Shown: in pieces, positions 7,185-12,374 of the stretch
Layout: every line of letters begins with the position of its first letter
How positions within the stretch are numbered: the first letter of the stretch is position 1
NCBI GenBank assembly: GCA_049969615.1
Contig: JBMFOM010000061.1
Span: 1 to 12,374, forward strand
Reading direction: 5' to 3'
DNA: 12,374 nt
Origin: a candidate division WOR-3 bacterium
Lineage (GTDB): Bacteria; Hydrothermota; Hydrothermia; JBDRYB01
Notes under the pieces: model-generated
Seen by the model: the letters and a program-made list of their open reading frames with translations, nothing else
The model's database searches: none
What the model was told of the DNA's origin: nothing
Translations under genes and position numbers: made by a program

Positions 7185-7547
7185 TTACCATGTTACCCCT
7201 ATCCACTCTCGCTGTTGATAACCAGCATATCCGGGCAGATCAAGGGTGGTCATTATGAGCATATACTGGCCGGATTGAACCTTCCTGCGCCCGTTGGTAA
7301 CGCCATACCATTTGGCTATTCCATCAGAACTCATGTTGCCGGTGCTGTCCCAGACAAGCTTGCCATATATATCGTATATTTCAAACTTGAACTTTAGTCC
7401 AGGCTGAGCGTGTATCCATATGGGGGTCAACCCGGTATCCGAACTGTGGAGCCAACTGGGCGCCACCCTGAAAACCTTGGAGTCCTGGCCCTCAAGGGCC
7501 GAGATAGCAAAGAGCAAAATGCCTGCTATGGTTAAGAGCCTTTTCAT
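7185..7547 (-). CDS. Small secreted protein consisting of one FlgD-Ig / T9SS C-terminal sorting-like domain
   Basis: Signal peptide MKRLLTIAGILLFAISALEG, then FEIYDIYGKLV...KWYGVTNGRRKVQSGQYMLIM. SD AAGGAG lies upstream, and its stop codon is part of the next gene's SD. Confidence 0.75.
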   Translation of the reverse strand: MKRLLTIAGILLFAISALEGQDSKVFRVAPSWLHSSDTGLTPIWIHAQPGLKFKFEIYDIYGKLVWDSTGNMSSDGIAKWYGVTNGRRKVQSGQYMLIMTTLDLPGYAGYQQREWIGVTW

Positions 7548-7572
7548 CCTCTGAAACTCCTTGTTTTTGTTC

Positions 7573-8082
7573 TTACCACCATGATTCCAATCCCGTCTGT
7601 TGCTCGGTTAAGGAACCCGACTCGCCAACCTTTGTCTCCAGAAGCTGGGCTATCTTATAGATAGCGGAGTAATAACGGGTATCCATCCTTAAGGGGCGTT
7701 CCTGATAAGCATCTCCGTAGGGCCTTGGGCCCTTAAATTTTATGACGCCCTGTATCTTGACAGAGTTCCTGTCGTCCGGGGCCTTGCCCACATAGCAGGT
7801 CAGCTTTATGCTGGGGTCTCTCACGCCGAGGCCAATGAAAGCCCAGGCCTTCATACAACAGGAATAGCTATATGGCTTGTAGTCGGTGACCAAGATACCC
7901 TCTTCCCGGACATAGGTGGAAACCGGATAACCGGTCTCGTAGAGGGCCTCGGTCAGGGCATCAAAGATCTTCTCCCTATCGGCCTTGAACCTGAGCTCAA
8001 GGACATCAGGAGTCCCGTGTGGAGGCAGGGTCGCACAACCAAACGTGGCAAAAAAACCTGCCAAAAGTAATATCCTTCTCAT
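7573..8082 (-). CDS. Hypothetical lipoprotein (possible BamC-like helix-grip fold)
   Basis: Start reassigned from 8178 to ATG 8082, which gives MRRILLLAGFFATFG-C (signal peptide II with lipobox). The segment ADREKIFDALTEAL...GYPV....REEGILVTD resembles helix-grip lipoproteins; the fold call is an inference. Confidence 0.75.
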   Translation of the reverse strand: MRRILLLAGFFATFGCATLPPHGTPDVLELRFKADREKIFDALTEALYETGYPVSTYVREEGILVTDYKPYSYSCCMKAWAFIGLGVRDPSIKLTCYVGKAPDDRNSVKIQGVIKFKGPRPYGDAYQERPLRMDTRYYSAIYKIAQLLETKVGESGSLTEQQTGLESWW

Positions 8083-8093
8083 GCTTGACCCAA

Positions 8094-8123
8094 AATATAA
8101 AACACCCCGCATGGCCGGTGCAA
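8094..8123 (-). promoter_or_regulatory. Possible sigma70-type promoter for the lipoprotein / CTD-like / PorV-like / TPR genes
   Basis: TTGCAC (8123-8118), an 18-nt spacer, then TATATT (8099-8094), 11 nt before the ATG at 8082. No SD is present. Confidence 0.45.
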
Positions 8124-8177
8124 GCTGATCGATCAACCTCCGAAGGGTTGTTTTGGGGCCAAACCAAGTGCAGGACA

Positions 8178-9704
8178 TTATTTCTCCTCCTTTGGCTTTG
8201 TGATTATTATCTCAACCCTCCGGTTCGCGGATTTGCCCTCCTCGGTCTCGTTGGAAGCCACGGGCCTGGACTCGCCATAACCCTTGTAGGTGAAAAGGCT
8301 CCCCGGCAGGCCCTCAACAAGCACAAAGTAATCCCTAACAGCCTTTGCTCGCGCTTCCGAGAGGGCCTGGTTGTCCGGGTATTTGGCCCTGAGACGCTCG
8401 GATATGGGAACATTATCCGTGTGGCCCTCTATGGTGACGGGATACTTGGGATAGGAAGCCAGAAACCTGGATACCTTCTTGAGAACAATGACACCCTCAA
8501 CCGGCAGGTCAGCCGAACCGGATGTAAAACGAATTGCCTTTTCACCCGCGGTTATCTTTATGAACTCGTTCTGCTCTTCTATCTTCAAACCCTCCACCTT
8601 CTTGAGCGCATCCAATGCCTCCTGACGCATCTTCTCAACATTCTTACGCTCGGTTTCAAGTTTCGCCCTTTCCTCCTCAAGGCGTTGGCGCTCCGCGGCA
8701 AGCTCCTCCTTGAGGCGGGCCATTTCCTGCATCAAAGAATCAAGCTGTCTTTCCCTAGCCAGGAGAAGTGATTCCTGCTCGGCCGCCAGGGCCTTTGCCT
8801 TATCTCTCGCATATGCATCGCCCGGCCAGACCTTCAGGCCAAGCCAATGGCTTGGGGTTGATCTGTCGCCGAGGTCGTAGGGGATCACTATGGCATAGTC
8901 TATCTCCCAGTCAGTTGATTCCATGTGAAGGGTCCTGAAACCCGTTCCAAATGAAAATTCCATTGATTCTCCCCCAGCTATCCTGGTCCCGCCCCTGAGG
9001 CCCCAGATGTTCCATAGCCAGGTCTCCGCGCCCACAGCAAGGCCTAGGTCGCCATCCCTGTAGCCGAGGGTCCAGGACAGGAGGGGAGTGAAAATGCGGC
9101 CCTGCTCACCAGTAAGGAGAAAAACGCCGCCGGACCAGAAACAAAGCGGCGAACCGTCGGCCCCGATGTCGGCCACACCAAAGCCAAGCCTGAGACCCGG
9201 AAGCCCGGGCCAAACAGTGGCGGAGAGTCCGGCCGAGGCCCTTTCGGGGAAACGGGACATGACGATCGGAGCAATGGAATCACCTGATGCTGTCTTTCCG
9301 AGAGTCCTGGCAGAGACCCCCACTACCATCCGCGGAAAGGCATACGAGAAAGCACCCGAAAGACAATCCTCACCAAAAGACCCGGTTGTATCCTTTATGA
9401 ACCTGTGCTGGAAAGAAAGCCCGCCATATACCCTTTCAAGAAGGGATGTGCCGTAGGCGAGGCCGAAGTAGCCAGAGCGATCCGGCGTTGACCAGGGAAG
9501 AGCATATTGGAAGGAAATCTCCCTTCTGCGCATGTCAAAAAGCCTGGAGGGAACGCCATCAAGGCCGCCCGTTCCAGAAAAAAGAAGGCCGGTATTGGCC
9601 ATGCCCATTGACCTGGCGTCAAGGGAGAAGTCCTCGTATTGGGCATTAGCAAAAGATAAGCAAAGCAATACCAAACCTACGAGTCCCCTGAATAACCCCT
9701 TCAT
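8178..9704 (-). CDS. OmpA-family protein: degenerate PorV-like barrel + coiled coil + OmpA_C/MotB-like peptidoglycan-binding domain
   Basis: Signal peptide MKGLFRGLVGLVLLCLSFANA. The start is probably 9704 or 9710 rather than TTG 9722, which abuts the -10 box. DARSMGMA motif and beta strands end in HWLGLKVW, followed by an E/R/K-rich helix. IEGHTD, NQALSEARA, GYGESRP and NRRVEI are OmpA_C motifs. Confidence 0.88.
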   Translation of the reverse strand: MKGLFRGLVGLVLLCLSFANAQYEDFSLDARSMGMANTGLLFSGTGGLDGVPSRLFDMRRREISFQYALPWSTPDRSGYFGLAYGTSLLERVYGGLSFQHRFIKDTTGSFGEDCLSGAFSYAFPRMVVGVSARTLGKTASGDSIAPIVMSRFPERASAGLSATVWPGLPGLRLGFGVADIGADGSPLCFWSGGVFLLTGEQGRIFTPLLSWTLGYRDGDLGLAVGAETWLWNIWGLRGGTRIAGGESMEFSFGTGFRTLHMESTDWEIDYAIVIPYDLGDRSTPSHWLGLKVWPGDAYARDKAKALAAEQESLLLARERQLDSLMQEMARLKEELAAERQRLEEERAKLETERKNVEKMRQEALDALKKVEGLKIEEQNEFIKITAGEKAIRFTSGSADLPVEGVIVLKKVSRFLASYPKYPVTIEGHTDNVPISERLRAKYPDNQALSEARAKAVRDYFVLVEGLPGSLFTYKGYGESRPVASNETEEGKSANRRVEIIITKPKEEK

Positions 9705-9722
9705 CTCCATCTCTCGGTGCAA

Positions 9723-9751
9723 ATTTTAAAGTATTTGCCGGCACAAGTCAA
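9723..9751 (-). promoter_or_regulatory. Sigma70-type promoter for the OmpA-family gene
   Basis: TTGACT (9751-9746), a 17-nt spacer, then TAAAAT (9728-9723), starting 1 nt after the kdsA stop codon. Confidence 0.7.
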
Positions 9752-9752
9752 C

Positions 9753-10583
9753 TTAGCGCTCCTCCGGCATTGAGGGCAAAACCCTCTGCAGATCACAGAG
9801 CTCCCTGAGAAGCCCTTCAAGCTCGGAGAGGGGAAACTGAGTTGCGGCGTCAGAAAGGGCGCGTGATGGCATCGGGTGAACCTCCATGAATATTCCGTCC
9901 ACACCAAACGCGACCGCGGCTCTGGCAAGAGGCATAACAAATTCCTTTTGGCCGCCAGAGGAACCGCCAAGACCACCCGGGCTCTGGACCGAGTGAGTAG
10001 CATCAAAGATCACGGGATAACCCATCCGGCGCATTATGGCGAGATTCCTCATATCAACCACCAGATCGTGGTAGCCAAAGAATGTGCCTCGCTCGGTTAA
10101 GAGAACCTTGTAGTTGCCAACCGATTCAATCTTCCTCGCCGGGTAAAGCATGTCAGAGGCTCCCATGAATTGAGCCTTCTTGAGGTTCACGGGCAAACCC
10201 GTTTTAGCAGCGGCCAGCAGGAGATCGGTTTGACGCACCAGAAAAGCGGGAATCTGTATTGCATCAACGACGCGAGCCACTGGCTCAGCCTCCTGAGGCA
10301 AGTGTATATCCGTGAGCACAGGGAGGCTGGTTTCATCCTTTACCCTACCAAGTATATCAAGGCCAACCGATAGACCAGGACCCCTGAAGGAATCAACGGA
10401 TGTCCTGTTGGCCTTGTCGTATGATGCCTTAAAAACAACACCAACGGAGAGATTCGCCGCTATCTCTTTTATAGCAAGAGCTGTCTCCAGGGCCATTGCC
10501 TCAGCCTCAATCACACACGGCCCCAGAATGAACGAGAGGTCGCCGGATCCGAATAAAACCTTGCCAATACTAACCGGCCTCAT
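9753..10583 (-). CDS. kdsA: 3-deoxy-8-phosphooctulonate (KDO8P) synthase
   Basis: Motifs GPCVIE, FKASYDKANRTS, QIPAFLVRQTDLL, NLKKAQF, TERG, FDATHSVQ and FMEVHP...ALSD. The Cys in GPC indicates the metal-dependent class. Confidence 0.97.
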   Translation of the reverse strand: MRPVSIGKVLFGSGDLSFILGPCVIEAEAMALETALAIKEIAANLSVGVVFKASYDKANRTSVDSFRGPGLSVGLDILGRVKDETSLPVLTDIHLPQEAEPVARVVDAIQIPAFLVRQTDLLLAAAKTGLPVNLKKAQFMGASDMLYPARKIESVGNYKVLLTERGTFFGYHDLVVDMRNLAIMRRMGYPVIFDATHSVQSPGGLGGSSGGQKEFVMPLARAAVAFGVDGIFMEVHPMPSRALSDAATQFPLSELEGLLRELCDLQRVLPSMPEER

Positions 10584-10975
10584 TTTGTCCCTTTTCGCCC
10601 CGTATCCGGAGGTGGTTCTTTGCCGTTGAGGCTAAATACCCTAACTGTGTCCGAGCGGCCCTCATTGTCCCAAATATCATAGGCTATCGCAATAAGCCAG
10701 TGGGGCTGATCATATAGATCGCCGGTTGGCCAGGGAACCTGGTATGGCAAAGAGCTATCAGCCCGCACATCCTCACCATCAGCTCTCAGGAGAACCCGAC
10801 TAACGCCTGAGGGATCAACCGCATCAATCAGAACCAAAACCGTGTCCGAAACAGTGTCGCCATTTACGGGATAAGTGATCTTAACAGATGGCCCAATGAT
10901 CTCTGGCTTGCCAGGGGGAGCTACCACCTTCGCACAGGATAAGACGACCAGAAAAACGAGGGCCAATCTTCTCAT
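10580..10975 (-). CDS. Lipoprotein with a bacterial Ig-like domain
   Basis: Start reassigned to ATG 10975, giving MRRLALVFLVVLS-C (lipobox). PSVKITYPVNGDTVS...DPSGVSRV...PYQVPW...AIAYD..DN is a bacterial Ig-like pattern. The stop overlaps the kdsA start (ATGA). Confidence 0.85.
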   Translation of the reverse strand: MRRLALVFLVVLSCAKVVAPPGKPEIIGPSVKITYPVNGDTVSDTVLVLIDAVDPSGVSRVLLRADGEDVRADSSLPYQVPWPTGDLYDQPHWLIAIAYDIWDNEGRSDTVRVFSLNGKEPPPDTGRKGTK

Positions 10976-10981
10976 GGGAAA

Positions 10982-11010
10982 ATTATAACCCACTTCCTGC
11001 GCAGGATCAA
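10982..11010 (-). promoter_or_regulatory. Sigma70-type promoter, probably giving a leaderless lipoprotein-kdsA mRNA
   Basis: TTGATC (11010-11005), a 17-nt spacer, TATAAT (10987-10982), then 6 nt to the ATG, with no SD. The perfect palindrome TCCTGCGCAGGA (10995-11006) overlaps the -35/spacer. Confidence 0.75.
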
Positions 11011-11280
11011 ACATTTGCGTATTCGGTGATCCTTTCCCCGGATATGCTCTCTTGGCCCTATCCAATTCGGAGCAAGGGTTGGGGTTTCAGAGCAAAAATT
11101 GAACTTTTTAAATTTATGATAAGGGCCACAGGCATTTCAATATCATTTTTGAGCAAATGATCGGGCAAATGGCATCGCTGAGATCTCACGCTTTCTCAAC
11201 ACACGGATCCCTTGCCCTACAAGGGTAAGCTCCGAAACCCTTCGGGCCATAGTGGCGCAAGGATATGGAGATGGATGTGG

Positions 11281-11310
11281 TTGAAAATTGCCACGCGGCC
11301 CTCTTAAAAT
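11281..11310 (+). promoter_or_regulatory. Possible sigma70-type promoter for the Fe-S gene
   Basis: TTGAAA (11281-11286), an 18-nt spacer, then TAAAAT (11305-11310), 10 nt before ATG 11321. No SD is present. Confidence 0.5.
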
Positions 11311-11320
11311 TCGCCTGTAG

Positions 11321-12136
11321 ATGGCCAATAAGTTTCAGACCGTTATGGGTTTCCTAAAATCCCTGAGGAACATTGGGCTTCTAGATCCCCTCTATAGGTT
11401 CTCCGCGCTGACGACCCAGATACCCTTTTTCGGAGAGATATTCCACCCATGGTTCAGGGACTATAACCTGCAAATGACCGTGGTCCCGGTCAACGCAAGG
11501 CTTCCGGTTCCGGAGAACACCCCCCTGCCAATGGCGCTCCTGGAATACCTAATAGCAGAGGCAAGTTTCCGTTTCATATTTCACACCTGCCCATGCAGGG
11601 AAATGTTTGAGTGCGAGAACTATCCCAGGGACATCGGCTGTATATTCCTGGGCAGGGATGCCCGGCGTATAGACAGGACATGGGGCCATCCAGCGACCGC
11701 GGAAGAATGCCTGAGGCACGCGGAACGCGCGGTGAGCCTGGGCCTGGTGCCAATGTTCGGGAAGTTCAAGATGGACAACATAGGATTGGGAATACCCGAC
11801 CGAAAACGGCTGATGAGCATTTGCTTTTGTTGCGAGTGTTGTTGCCTGTTTCGCTATACACCGCTCGTCGCGCCTCAGATACAGGAGAGAATCAGGCGGC
11901 TGGATGGAATTACGGTCAAGGTCAACGAGAAATGCACTGGGTGCGGGGAATGCCTATCCGTCTGTACCATGGAGGCAATATCAGTAGAAGACATAGCGAC
12001 AATAAACCAGAAACTCTGCAAGGGTTGCGGGAGGTGTGCGATGGCCTGTCCGGAAGGGGCTGTTGATGTTATCGTGGAGGGCATAGCCAAGGAAAAGATC
12101 CTGGCCCAGATGAGGGATATAGCGGATATAGGATAG
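11321..12136 (+). CDS. 4Fe-4S dicluster (ferredoxin-type) protein with an additional Cys-rich domain
   Basis: C-terminal CTGCGECLSVC and CKGCGRCAMACP are two CxxCxxCxxxC motifs. Upstream lie CPCR-x4-C-x8-C and CFCCECCC. Confidence 0.9.
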   Translation: MANKFQTVMGFLKSLRNIGLLDPLYRFSALTTQIPFFGEIFHPWFRDYNLQMTVVPVNARLPVPENTPLPMALLEYLIAEASFRFIFHTCPCREMFECENYPRDIGCIFLGRDARRIDRTWGHPATAEECLRHAERAVSLGLVPMFGKFKMDNIGLGIPDRKRLMSICFCCECCCLFRYTPLVAPQIQERIRRLDGITVKVNEKCTGCGECLSVCTMEAISVEDIATINQKLCKGCGRCAMACPEGAVDVIVEGIAKEKILAQMRDIADIG

Positions 12137-12322
12137 AAAACGCCCATCGGATCGTCAAGGTTCCAGCCCCACCGCCAAGCTGAGATATATAACCGCTCTA
12201 AGTTTGGGCTAGGATAAGATTATCTGCTCAGAAGAAATGTTAACATACATGAGGCATATTATACTAACGATGAGAGACCCCTGATAAAGTAGCAATACCC
12301 ATCTTTGACACCTCGTTTTTCG

Positions 12323-12347
12323 TAAGTCATTGATAAGTAAGGACTTA
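12323..12347. promoter_or_regulatory. IHF-consensus site within an inverted repeat (TAAGTC-N13-GACTTA)
   Basis: Minus strand 12335-12323 reads TATCAATGACTTA, an exact match to WATCAANNNNTTR. A weaker inverted copy, AAGTAAGGACTTA, is on the + strand at 12335-12347. Confidence 0.55.
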
Positions 12348-12374
12348 AGAGGAATAAAGGCCGGGAAGTTGGCA

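Noticed and set aside
98-9729. Many long + strand ORFs (98-586, 735-1514, 2200-2625, 4501-5184, 5873-6625, 8019-8771 and others)
   Set aside because: They are antisense shadows of well-supported minus-strand genes, with no SDs or recognisable motifs. The Pro/Ser/Phe runs simply mirror Gly/Lys/Glu codons.
8083-11065. ORF-track N-terminal extensions (8178, 9722 and 11065 starts)
   Set aside because: They would bury clear signal peptides or lipoboxes and would overlap or abut the predicted promoters.
11143-12147. Small ORFs 11143-11328(-), 11611-12066(+), 11620-11820(-) and 11875-12147(-)
   Set aside because: They overlap the Fe-S gene or its promoter and have no coding signatures.
12305-12340. 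Perfect TTGACA as a sigma70 -35 box
   Set aside because: There is no acceptable -10 hexamer at 16-18 nt spacing.
1-12374. CRISPR arrays, tRNA/rRNA genes, transposases/integrases, frameshifted pseudogenes
   Set aside because: I saw no regularly spaced repeats, RNA-gene signatures, mobile-element proteins or broken reading frames.

Overview
This is a ~53% GC (eyeballed) window from a diderm bacterium; kdsA implies Kdo/LPS synthesis. Positions 1-10975 hold twelve co-oriented minus-strand genes. In transcription order they are: an Ig-like lipoprotein, kdsA, a PorV/FadL-like beta-barrel fused to a coiled coil and an OmpA_C domain, a small lipoprotein, a stand-alone FlgD/T9SS-CTD-like secreted protein, a PorV-like barrel fused to an FlgD-like Ig domain, an 847-aa TPR protein, ExbB/TolQ, two ExbD/TolR paralogues, a Gly-rich TonB-family protein, and a truncated exported protein (1-420) that the ORF track misses. 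A divergent polyferredoxin-like Fe-S gene follows on the + strand, then an AT-rich region with an IHF-consensus site and a possible sigma54 -24 element at the window edge. The main candidate for an undescribed system is a trans-envelope machine joining T9SS-like parts (PorV-like barrels, CTD/FlgD-like domains) to an ExbB-ExbD-ExbD-TonB proton motor. No TonB-dependent receptor or PorK/L/M/N gene is visible in the window, and one ExbD lacks the canonical proton-conducting Asp. All family assignments come from motif recognition by eye, not from database searches.
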